DNA from: Escherichia phage vB_EcoM_WFbE185
Strand: one strand, 5' to 3'
Sequence record: MK373778.1
Length of the DNA stretch: 64,000 nt
Positions 18,467 to 26,305 of the stretch are shown here, piece by piece. Made by a program: the position numbers and the translations under genes. The notes under the pieces were generated by a model. That model searched no databases, was not told the DNA's origin, and saw only the letters and a list, made by a program, of their open reading frames with translations. The number at the start of each line of letters is the position of its first letter. Positions within the stretch are counted from its first letter, which is position 1.

Positions 18467-18752
18467 CTGTGATTTCGGTTACGATATCTTTGTTATCGAA
18501 ATTAGGGTCACAATACAAAACGTAGTTGTACTGCATGATACCACCAGACTTAAGTTGTTCAACAACTTTATTAACCATATTAGGACGGTCTCGTTTAGTG
18601 ATGTTCATGATATCAGAGAAGATTTGTTGTTCAACATCTTCTTGATTTGCAGTCATTGACCACTCACAGAGGTCTTTATCATAACCTGCCGTAACTGGAG
18701 CCGGTGCACATGATACTGCAAGTAAGATTGCTGCCAATGATAACTTTTTCAT
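18459..18752 (-). CDS. sp: periplasmic Spackle-like protein with signal peptide
   Basis: 97 aa; signal peptide MKKLSLAAILLAVSCAPAP; GYDKDLCEWSMTA and YNYVLYCD match my recollection of T4 Sp; same size. Confidence 0.55.
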   Translation of the reverse strand: MKKLSLAAILLAVSCAPAPVTAGYDKDLCEWSMTANQEDVEQQIFSDIMNITKRDRPNMVNKVVEQLKSGGIMQYNYVLYCDPNFDNKDIVTEITGE

Positions 18753-18781
18753 TTTAACTCCTTAGTTGATTTGATAGGACT

Positions 18782-18811
18782 ACTATACTATAGTCCATCT
18801 ATAATGTAAAC
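18782..18811 (-). promoter_or_regulatory. early-type promoter (-35 GTTTAC, -10 TATAGT)
   Basis: Consensus family with GGACTA/TAGTCC inverted repeat; upstream of sp with AAGGAG SD. Confidence 0.5.
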
Positions 18812-18815
18812 AAGT

Positions 18816-19064
18816 TTATTCTTTTTCGCGAATAATAATTACTTGTTGAGGCTGCTGAGCAGATTTCTTTTCGGCAACGATAGACCAAATTAAAGTTCCA
18901 ATCCAACCAATCATCGTCCAGTTAAAGAGTAAAGATACAAAGAAGATTGCTGTTGTGCTTTTTGTGCCACGAATAAGTGCGATTACCCAAGGCAACATGT
19001 AAATGATGATTGAACCAATACCTGCGATTAAAACTGCTACTGAACTAGCTACGAATAATTCCAT
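18816..19064 (-). CDS. small inner-membrane protein (82 aa, two hydrophobic segments)
   Basis: Hydrophobic composition; possibly superinfection-exclusion type, unproven. Confidence 0.5.
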   Translation of the reverse strand: MELFVASSVAVLIAGIGSIIIYMLPWVIALIRGTKSTTAIFFVSLLFNWTMIGWIGTLIWSIVAEKKSAQQPQQVIIIREKE

Positions 19065-19092
19065 GTTAATTTCCTCTTGATTTGTTATGTTT

Positions 19093-19122
19093 ATAATATC
19101 TTGTTTTAACTTTGGTGTAAAC
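19093..19122 (-). promoter_or_regulatory. early-type promoter (-35 GTTTAC, -10 TATTAT)
   Basis: GTTTAC-N18-TATTAT upstream of the membrane protein gene. Confidence 0.45.
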
Positions 19123-19125
19123 CAA

Positions 19126-19494
19126 TTAATTAAATTTGTTTAAACGTTCAATACACTGGACGTAGTTATTCGCGATTTGTTTCTGGGTAGGCTCTTTACC
19201 GGTTGTTTCAACATAGCGAATGAATGCGATTTCAGTAGCCTGTAAGCAATGTTCTTTAACGCGTTGTTCTTTTGACAATGCTACAGTATCAGAGTCACGA
19301 TAACGTTGAGCATGGGCATCAGCTTGAATCATTCGATTACCTACAGTAACCGGGTCTTCCACTTCAACTTTAGGTTGGTCGTACTGTTTAACGTTCGGAT
19401 TGTAAATCAATTGGCCAACGTTATTAGGGATAAAGCCGTGGGCACCACATCCGGTTAATCCAAATACCATTGCTAAAGCGATTAATTTTTTCAT
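19126..19494 (-). CDS. lipoprotein (122 aa)
   Basis: Signal peptide with lipobox LTGC. Confidence 0.5.
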   Translation of the reverse strand: MKKLIALAMVFGLTGCGAHGFIPNNVGQLIYNPNVKQYDQPKVEVEDPVTVGNRMIQADAHAQRYRDSDTVALSKEQRVKEHCLQATEIAFIRYVETTGKEPTQKQIANNYVQCIERLNKFN

Positions 19495-19522
19495 TTCAAT
19501 TTCCTCTGTAGTTGATAGAAAG

Positions 19523-19552
19523 ATAGTAACACAGTATGTGGTGCTTGTAAAC
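19523..19552 (-). promoter_or_regulatory. early-type promoter (-35 GTTTAC, -10 TACTAT)
   Basis: Consensus family element in the intergenic region. Confidence 0.5.
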
Positions 19553-19554
19553 AG

Positions 19555-19791
19555 CTATTTTAAACTTTTGCGAAATTTGCGTTTTTCTTGACGAATCTGT
19601 CGTTTAGTCGGACGTACGGCAAATTTAACGAAGTCCACTTTGCCGTGTGGAAACTTTTCAGATGCTTCACAGTCCATCATTAGTTCCCATCCTTCCAGAA
19701 TAAGAGCTTTCCATTGTGTAGTTGATGCAAATTCGTATGTTGATGGTTTAAACACAGTTGAATACATATTATCCTCTGAAATCAGCTTCAA
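19555..19791 (-). CDS. small basic protein with C-terminal RPTKRQIR motif (78 aa)
   Basis: C-terminus VRPTKRQIRQEKRKFRK shared with ORFs at 47627-47806 and 48231-48401. Confidence 0.45.
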   Translation of the reverse strand: MKLISEDNMYSTVFKPSTYEFASTTQWKALILEGWELMMDCEASEKFPHGKVDFVKFAVRPTKRQIRQEKRKFRKSLK

Positions 19792-19963
19792 AAACTTTCA
19801 CATCGTTGACAAAGGCTTTTACCAACGCTTTATTTACTTCGGCAAATTGAGAAGTGGCCCACTGGATTTGGTCTTTATCGGACACATCTAGTGTCATTTC
19901 TTTGGTAAACATATTACCATTTTCAAACCAACCAATAAAAACTACTTTAGCAAAATCACCCAT
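19769..19963 (-). CDS. dmd: Dmd (antitoxin-like inhibitor of host RnlA/LsoA)
   Basis: 64 aa; VVF.GWF.N..MFTKE...QWAT.Q.AEVNKALVKAF closely matches T4 Dmd. Confidence 0.7.
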   Translation of the reverse strand: MGDFAKVVFIGWFENGNMFTKEMTLDVSDKDQIQWATSQFAEVNKALVKAFVNDVKVFEADFRG

Positions 19964-20281
19964 TTATATTTCCTCACAGAACGCCCATTCAGCGTGATAA
20001 ACTGTAGCACCTTTAGTATCATTCATTTGAACTACGTCTACCGGAGAAATTACTCGATAGAGACGTGGTTCACCTCCATAAGAGCGTGCAGCTCGTCCTG
20101 CATAAATCTTTGCTAAACCGATATCTTCAGTAAAGAATACACGATCCAAGTTTTTCTTACGTCCAGTTTCAGACAGAACTCCTGTTTCCTCAGGAGGACA
20201 AAGCATGTTTTCGATGTTAGCTGAACTACTTGAACCGTGATAAAAAATCTTAAATTCTGCTTTACAATCGATGGTTTTCAT
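19964..20281 (-). CDS. hypothetical protein (105 aa)
   Basis: ORF directly downstream of a hairpin promoter. Confidence 0.5.
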   Translation of the reverse strand: MKTIDCKAEFKIFYHGSSSSANIENMLCPPEETGVLSETGRKKNLDRVFFTEDIGLAKIYAGRAARSYGGEPRLYRVISPVDVVQMNDTKGATVYHAEWAFCEEI

Positions 20282-20307
20282 TTTGTTCTCCAGTAGTTGA
20301 TAGGTCT

Positions 20308-20336
20308 ATAATAACACAACTACTGGAGAAGTAAAC
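20308..20336 (-). promoter_or_regulatory. early promoter (-35 GTTTAC, 17 bp, TGT-TATTAT) inside a 14-bp perfect inverted repeat
   Basis: Arms 20286-20299 and 20317-20330 (TTCTCCAGTAGTTG / CAACTACTGGAGAA); the 3' arm contains the SD GGAG of the downstream gene. Confidence 0.6.
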
Positions 20337-20711
20337 TTAAAAACGTAATTTAGATATATCTGCGTTGATTTCGTTTTGGTTCGCGTCATATGCAATTAAA
20401 CGAACCGCTTTAGATGGGTCATTCAATGCATAGAAATGATGGAACATTGCTCGAACGATATCGCCATTTACGAGTTCTACCTGGATAGGAGAACCTTTTT
20501 CGAGTTGGAAATGTTCATAAGCTTTGATGGTTCGCAGATAATCAAGTTTTTGATTTCCAGCTCCAACTATTTGTACGATACGTTTGTCCATGTTTTCCAT
20601 ACGAGATACAATAGTTTTAGGAGCAAGAATAACGTAGGTTGCCAGCGGAGAAACTACTTCAACAGTTGTGTTTTCGGTGATTGCAGTAAAAATTGCTTGA
20701 GACATATTCAT
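20337..20711 (-). CDS. hypothetical protein (124 aa)
   Basis: ORF; no recognised motif. Confidence 0.5.
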   Translation of the reverse strand: MNMSQAIFTAITENTTVEVVSPLATYVILAPKTIVSRMENMDKRIVQIVGAGNQKLDYLRTIKAYEHFQLEKGSPIQVELVNGDIVRAMFHHFYALNDPSKAVRLIAYDANQNEINADISKLRF

Positions 20712-20740
20712 AATGTTTTCCTCTTGGTTGGTGTAAGTAC

Positions 20741-20770
20741 ATCATATCATGCCTAGAGGAAGATGTAAAC
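20741..20770 (-). promoter_or_regulatory. early-type promoter (-35 GTTTAC, 18 bp, TGa-TATGAT)
   Basis: Downstream of the gene 41 hairpin, upstream of the 124-aa gene. Confidence 0.5.
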
Positions 20771-20777
20771 CCCGAAA

Positions 20778-20798
20778 GGAGACCGAAGTCTCCTTTTT
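20778..20798. terminator. GC-rich hairpin (GGAGAC-N4-GUCUCC) at the 3' end of gene 41; T-tract on the plus-strand side
   Basis: Minus-strand RNA has a UUCG loop but is followed only by UUUCGGGG; plus-strand reading is followed by TTTTTATT; orientation ambiguous. Confidence 0.4.
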
Positions 20799-20799
20799 A

Positions 20800-22242
20800 T
20801 TAAAATTTTAACTCATTGGCTAAGCTATCTAGGTCAGCACGTGTTGCTTTGGCTTTACCTACGCGTTCCGTACGATTCACCTCTGCCTGACGCATCTGAG
20901 CACCTGCGTTTTCATTTACTGTGTTAGGTGTGTTCATGCCTTCTTGCTCAATCTCAACCCATTTCTGATTGCCTTTACGTACACCCATCAGGAATTTATT
21001 CCACTTATTCTTATCGCCGTATCGTGATTTGATTTGTTTGATAAGTTGTTGTTCAGCTTGTGCAAGTTCTTCGGTTTCAATTACAGCCAACATGAAATCT
21101 GCCGTTGCTGGTAAACCTGCTGATTCTGCGATATCACTCATGTTCATGTCTGAAGCATCCCATGCTGCACGTCCTACTTGAGCTGCAGTCCATAGAACTG
21201 TTTCAGATTCTACTGCTAATGCACGAAGTTCTTCTGCGATAGCTTTAACTAATGTGTAGCTATTTTCAGTGTAAACTCTGATACGACAAGACCCACAAAT
21301 ACCTAAGTAATCAACCATGATTACAGATGGCACAAAGTTCTTCTTAAGTTTTAACTCATTAAGCAATGCACGGAATGTATTAGCATTAGCTTCGCCAGTA
21401 GGATACTGTTTAACTACTAAACGTCCTAATGTTGTTTTTGAACGCCATTTTTCCATCTTGGCTTTATATTCAGCATAAGATACGTTACCATCATCGATAT
21501 CATCGAGTGATACGTCAAGCATGTTTGCATCTATACGCTTAGCACAAACTTCTTCAGCCATTTCCATGGAAATATAAAGAACATTATGACCTGTTTGAAG
21601 ATAATCTGCAGCAAGTGAACAAAGGCCTAAAGATTTACCGACGTTAACACCAGCCATTAAAACGTTTAGTGTACCTGTTTCTGCGCCGCCTTTGGTGATT
21701 TTATTCAAAATGTTTAATTTGAACGGGACCTTACGTGCTTTATTTAGATAAGAAAGCCAGCGTGCTTCGTAGTCTTCCATCCAGTCATGTCCAACATAAC
21801 TATCGAACGAAATTGAAAGTGCTTGACGCATAATATCAGGAATAGCTCCTACGTCAGGCATTTTCTTGTTACGTTGTTCTGGAGGTAGTTCAGCATTAGA
21901 CTGAATCTCAATGATTTTGGATGTAGCATTATACATCGCTTTTTGCTGGACATATTTCTCAGTTTCTTTAACCAACCATTCGTGGTCTTCAGGAGTATCA
22001 GCCAATTTTTCAATTAGGTCTGAAGTTCCTTTATATTCGGCTTCAGTTAAAGAACTGTTATCTAAAGCCACCTTTAATGCATTGATAGATGGCATTGCAT
22101 TATATTCGTTAACGTGGCTCTTTATAATTTTAAAGACATTTTTTGCCGGTCCACGCTCAAAATACTCAGAATCCATATAAGGCCAGACCTTAGAAAAATA
22201 AGCCTGGTCATATACGAGATGAGACAAAATAATTTCTACCAC
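20800..22242 (-). CDS. 41: replicative DNA helicase gp41 (DnaB-like)
   Basis: 480 aa; N-terminus MVEIILSHLVYDQAYFSKVWPYMDSEYF matches T4 gp41; Walker A GVNVGKS. Confidence 0.9.
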   Translation of the reverse strand: MVEIILSHLVYDQAYFSKVWPYMDSEYFERGPAKNVFKIIKSHVNEYNAMPSINALKVALDNSSLTEAEYKGTSDLIEKLADTPEDHEWLVKETEKYVQQKAMYNATSKIIEIQSNAELPPEQRNKKMPDVGAIPDIMRQALSISFDSYVGHDWMEDYEARWLSYLNKARKVPFKLNILNKITKGGAETGTLNVLMAGVNVGKSLGLCSLAADYLQTGHNVLYISMEMAEEVCAKRIDANMLDVSLDDIDDGNVSYAEYKAKMEKWRSKTTLGRLVVKQYPTGEANANTFRALLNELKLKKNFVPSVIMVDYLGICGSCRIRVYTENSYTLVKAIAEELRALAVESETVLWTAAQVGRAAWDASDMNMSDIAESAGLPATADFMLAVIETEELAQAEQQLIKQIKSRYGDKNKWNKFLMGVRKGNQKWVEIEQEGMNTPNTVNENAGAQMRQAEVNRTERVGKAKATRADLDSLANELKF

Positions 22243-22251
22243 GATAACTCC

Positions 22252-22614
22252 TTAAAAGAATTTAAATTTTTTCTTGGTTCGTTCATTAAAAGCTTGTTGT
22301 ACTTGCATTGTAACACATTTTTCAACATGTGGTGCAAGTTCTGCTTTTCTGTCCTGGTCAAGAACTGCAAAGTCCATTACGATTTTACCATCAACCCAGT
22401 CTAGTTTTGTAATATAGACTATATGATGGGAACCGTCTTCAAGTGTAATCAGAATCTCTTGAATGACATTTTCCATTGCTGAACGGATAATTTTAAGAGA
22501 TTCATTAAACACTCGTTCTTTGCGAATGTCTTCCCCTTCCGAAGAAGGGGATTCATCAACGATTTCTAGATTTAAATCATCGAGATTATTCATCGAAATC
22601 TTCCATTTTGTCAA
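22252..22614 (-). CDS. hypothetical protein (120 aa) at T4 gene 40 position
   Basis: Position between 41 and uvsX; no motif recognised. Confidence 0.4.
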   Translation of the reverse strand: MTKWKISMNNLDDLNLEIVDESPSSEGEDIRKERVFNESLKIIRSAMENVIQEILITLEDGSHHIVYITKLDWVDGKIVMDFAVLDQDRKAELAPHVEKCVTMQVQQAFNERTKKKFKFF

Positions 22615-23758
22615 GGTCGTTTTCTATATCTGCTGCAGACGGAGCATCAGAAGTTTTAACCGGAACTTTAGTTGTTGCTTTGCAATTAATAAGGTCATTA
22701 ACAGCGTCATCAACTTCTTTAATAGAAGAGATAGCACCTAGTTTATATTTAGTTTCAATTGCATCTCGGAAAGGTTTGTGTTTAAACAACGGTCCCCAGA
22801 ATTCTACACAATCAGTAGCTTTAGCACGCCATGATTTCTCTTCACGAATCATTTCGCCTGTTTCTTCGTCAAGGAATTCGCGAGCATACCAACCGGCTTT
22901 AGGCTTAACTACAAAACCAATTTCAGTTGCCATTTCTAACAAGCCACTGAATGGGTCAATACCGCCATCAAAATTAACCGTGATCGGGAAAGTAGATTTC
23001 TCTTTAACTGTGCGAGATTTTTCTGCTTTCAACGTGAAGTCATAACCGGTCAATTCTGTACCTTCTTTAACCTGACGTTTAGATATAAAAAATACCGTGT
23101 TGGCAGAATAAAGAATACCTGTACCACCGCCCATAATCTCTTTAGGATACAATCCGCCGATTTCCATTGCTGTATGGTTAATTGCAACACATGGAATATC
23201 TTTAATAGTCAGATAAGGAGTCACAATGCGGAACAGAGATTTAAGTGCCTTAGCACGAGACATATCACCTACAACTTTCTCGTTCAATGCATCTTCGGTT
23301 TCTTTCTTAGATGCAGTATTACCAATTGAATCGATAAAGATAATAACTTTATCACCGCGTTCAATCGCGTCAAGCTGATTAGTCATATCAACTTTAAGTT
23401 GTTCAACAGATTGAATCGGAGTATGAACTACTCGGTCTAAATCAACACCCATTGATCGAAAATAAGATTCTGAAGCACCAAATTCAGAATCATAGAACAA
23501 ACAAATTGCATCTTTATATTTCTTCATATATGCTGCAACCATAGTCAGCCCAAACAACGTTTTAAAGTGTTTAGAAGGAGCAGCAAAAATAGTCAAGCCT
23601 GATTGCAATCCTGCATTCAGAGCACCACCTAGTGCAATATTCAACATCGGAATACGAGTAGGGACTTCATCACGATTATTAAACAGCTTAGACTTAGTCA
23701 AGTCTGCAGTCATTTTAGAAGTAGAAGCTTTAATCAGACGAGATTTTAAATCAGACAT
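22586..23758 (-). CDS. uvsX: UvsX recombinase (RecA/Rad51 family)
   Basis: 390 aa; N-terminus MSDLKSRLIKASTSK matches T4 UvsX. Confidence 0.9.
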   Translation of the reverse strand: MSDLKSRLIKASTSKMTADLTKSKLFNNRDEVPTRIPMLNIALGGALNAGLQSGLTIFAAPSKHFKTLFGLTMVAAYMKKYKDAICLFYDSEFGASESYFRSMGVDLDRVVHTPIQSVEQLKVDMTNQLDAIERGDKVIIFIDSIGNTASKKETEDALNEKVVGDMSRAKALKSLFRIVTPYLTIKDIPCVAINHTAMEIGGLYPKEIMGGGTGILYSANTVFFISKRQVKEGTELTGYDFTLKAEKSRTVKEKSTFPITVNFDGGIDPFSGLLEMATEIGFVVKPKAGWYAREFLDEETGEMIREEKSWRAKATDCVEFWGPLFKHKPFRDAIETKYKLGAISSIKEVDDAVNDLINCKATTKVPVKTSDAPSAADIENDLDKMEDFDE

Positions 23759-23811
23759 TGTATTTTTCCATAGGCATCATTATATTTTACTCATGTTTAA
23801 AAGATAAGACG

Positions 23812-23836
23812 ATTATATACTAAGGGTTATACAGCA
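23812..23836 (-). promoter_or_regulatory. middle-promoter-like element for uvsX (TGCTGTA, 12 bp, TATAAT)
   Basis: MotA-box-like ATGCTGTA (6/7) 12 bp upstream of TATAAT on minus strand. Confidence 0.35.
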
Positions 23837-23857
23837 TTTAAAACTTTAAAACGGCTC

Positions 23858-24406
23858 TTAACGAGCCCATTTGATGATTTCTGTAATCAAACCATTACGT
23901 TCGCTTGCATTAAATCCTATAACTTTGTTAGCACCATCATGATTAAGTAATTGATATGTTTGGATTTTGTTATGAATTGCAAACTCTTCAAAATGTGAAA
24001 TGACTGTATTAAAACCGAATGAAGACAAAGTAATAAGGTCGTCTTCAAAACTTTCAGTCATTTCGTTACGTGTTAAAATAATTGTGAACACATCATGGTT
24101 TTGGCAAAGACGAACATAGTCCTGTTCATAAACGTCAAGAATCGAGTCCGCATCTTGTCGAATACGTCCATAAACCCAGTTACTAATATATCCACGGTCT
24201 AACAGATAAATCTTAGTAGGGTCTAAATAATTCAACATCGTTTCGAAACAGCCAACTTCATTTCGAGACTTAACATCGAAACGCCCATCAACTGTTCGTT
24301 TAGGGAAATCAATCTTTACATATCTTTCACTAATTTCCATTATGTCATTAATGAAAGTTGTTTTACCAGCATTATCTGGGCCATCTACTAAAATAATTTT
24401 AGCCAT
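23858..24406 (-). CDS. P-loop nucleoside/nucleotide kinase-like protein (182 aa)
   Basis: Walker A VDGPDNAGKTT resembling thymidylate-kinase-type P-loops; occupies the T4 segA/beta-gt slot. Confidence 0.5.
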   Translation of the reverse strand: MAKIILVDGPDNAGKTTFINDIMEISERYVKIDFPKRTVDGRFDVKSRNEVGCFETMLNYLDPTKIYLLDRGYISNWVYGRIRQDADSILDVYEQDYVRLCQNHDVFTIILTRNEMTESFEDDLITLSSFGFNTVISHFEEFAIHNKIQTYQLLNHDGANKVIGFNASERNGLITEIIKWAR

Positions 24407-24407
24407 T

Positions 24408-25307
24408 TTATTCCTCGATTACGACATCTTCGTATTTAGGTATATTATACGGCGAAGAAATTAAAGCATTAAAGTAGATGAACTCACCAAGACCTGGATG
24501 GAATACTTCTTCAGGATTTTCGAAATATTGAATTTTCGGACGCCCTTTAAGAATTTGATAGTACTCTGTTTTAGTTGGTTTAAAAATTCGAATCAGCGCT
24601 TCTTCAGGATACTTATTTCTGTCGAAGCTATTATTTGGATCGGTTATATAAAGCGGTTGGCCTAATTGAATTGCACATTCAACCACTTGTTCAAAACGAT
24701 AGCACGGGTCACTAATTCGAAATGGATGAAAAATACCATCTAGATGAATAGTAGCCAAATCACCTACAAGACGCTGCATGATGGAAGGACGTATAACTTT
24801 CTGCGTTACGATAATCTTATTACCATCTGCACCGGCGTTAACCAGCACTTCTTTTTGACGTTCATTCAACACAGTAGTTTGAAGTGAACGATTAACCGAC
24901 AACATGTCGGTTTTTAAGAATTCGTCAATATAAAAACGTGGTTTATTAGGGTCTGCAGTGATATTGAAATTGAATTCTACGTCAAAAGCGCCATCATATC
25001 CAGTGATATCTGTGATTAGAAAATCACAATCATAATAAGCAATTAATGAATCAACCACAAATTCATTTTCAGACCAGAAATATTTACGAGTGTTATACGC
25101 GTTATCTTTATACCATAATGGAACAAACTTAAATTCTGGGAAAAGACGTTCACATTCTCTAATATCAGATGCATTACGTGGATATGTAATCACATCACCT
25201 GGATTAGCACGGTGCAAATGAAGTTGGAAGTTGCCATCCTTAAGGATAGCATACTGTCCAGTTTCATAAGACCGCATACTCAAGATAGGTACGCGGAAAA
25301 TAGCCAT
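24408..25307 (-). CDS. hypothetical protein (299 aa) at the T4 beta-gt position
   Basis: No motif recognised; location between uvsX and gene 42 is where T4 has beta-glucosyltransferase. Confidence 0.5.
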   Translation of the reverse strand: MAIFRVPILSMRSYETGQYAILKDGNFQLHLHRANPGDVITYPRNASDIRECERLFPEFKFVPLWYKDNAYNTRKYFWSENEFVVDSLIAYYDCDFLITDITGYDGAFDVEFNFNITADPNKPRFYIDEFLKTDMLSVNRSLQTTVLNERQKEVLVNAGADGNKIIVTQKVIRPSIMQRLVGDLATIHLDGIFHPFRISDPCYRFEQVVECAIQLGQPLYITDPNNSFDRNKYPEEALIRIFKPTKTEYYQILKGRPKIQYFENPEEVFHPGLGEFIYFNALISSPYNIPKYEDVVIEE

Positions 25308-26023
25308 TAGTCAAGAAATCCTTTAACATAATCAAAATCACGTTCAAACACATGGGCACTTACCATGGTATGAGTATAATCACCAACTTCTACACCACAT
25401 TCGTTAGCGATATAATGAAGTAATTTTCCTTGGAGATAAAAATCCAACTGCATAACAACAGCGCAGTTCTGAGAACGCATATGACAGTGGGTATAAAGCT
25501 TACCATCACGAATATAATAAGTCACTGAGTCAGTACATGGATATTCAAGCGTTTCGTCCGAATCAAGCAAAGCCTGATCAGAACTTTCTAGAATTTGGAA
25601 CACAACTCTTCGAGAGTTAGGCTTCTCTTTAAGTTCTTTTAGAAGAGCTGGTAATTGGGCCGCAATGCGAGGACCGTAGAAAGTGTTGAAGTTCGCAGGC
25701 AAAGCATCTGATTTTGGTTTAGAAATAAATTTAGCGACATTAGGATATGCCTTAAACGCTTCTTCTGCATCAGTACCACCAGAAATCATAAACTTCCAGA
25801 AGTCTTCGGCATATTCATAAGAGATGCGGTTAATACGTGGGTCGGTCATTTTGAATGATGATGGAGTGTCAACAACTACTGTCATAGACCCAATTTCATT
25901 ACAACGTCCAATACGAGAATCAGTTACGAATTCCGGGTTTTCTAAAATTTCACGATTGACTGCTTTAAATGCGGTTTGAAAATCTGCGGCTTTGATATAT
26001 TTCATTGTGTTATGTTTTCCCAT
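25307..26023 (-). CDS. 42: deoxycytidylate 5-hydroxymethyltransferase (thymidylate synthase family)
   Basis: 238 aa; NSRRVVFQ, YPCTDSV (catalytic Cys) and HMRSQN align with T4 gp42/TS motifs. Confidence 0.7.
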   Translation of the reverse strand: MGKHNTMKYIKAADFQTAFKAVNREILENPEFVTDSRIGRCNEIGSMTVVVDTPSSFKMTDPRINRISYEYAEDFWKFMISGGTDAEEAFKAYPNVAKFISKPKSDALPANFNTFYGPRIAAQLPALLKELKEKPNSRRVVFQILESSDQALLDSDETLEYPCTDSVTYYIRDGKLYTHCHMRSQNCAVVMQLDFYLQGKLLHYIANECGVEVGDYTHTMVSAHVFERDFDYVKGFLD

Positions 26024-26042
26024 GTTTACCTCAATACAATTT

Positions 26043-26066
26043 ATTATATACTCAATTCGTAAAGCT
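26043..26066 (-). promoter_or_regulatory. middle-promoter-like element for gene 42 (AGCTTTA, 11 bp, TATAAT)
   Basis: MotA-box-like motif and TATAAT upstream of gene 42 SD GAGG. Confidence 0.35.
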
Positions 26067-26305
26067 TATTTGAATTTCTTGACAATGTTGATATAACGTA
26101 AAGCTTCAGCATCGATACTTCCAAGAACACTATGAAGAAATGCATCAGCGTAGTATTCCAATTGAACAGGTTCTTTAATCACTTTAGCCGCTTTAGTTTC
26201 AAACAGGCCCATCAGGGCCTTTTTAAGAATTTGTTCATTAGTGTTCAGTTTAATAGTCAAAATCTCTTCATTAAGTTGGTGGTTAAAAGTTTTTCTAGAA
26301 ATCAT
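26066..26305 (-). CDS. hypothetical protein (79 aa)
   Basis: ORF in operon context. Confidence 0.4.
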   Translation of the reverse strand: MISRKTFNHQLNEEILTIKLNTNEQILKKALMGLFETKAAKVIKEPVQLEYYADAFLHSVLGSIDAEALRYINIVKKFK

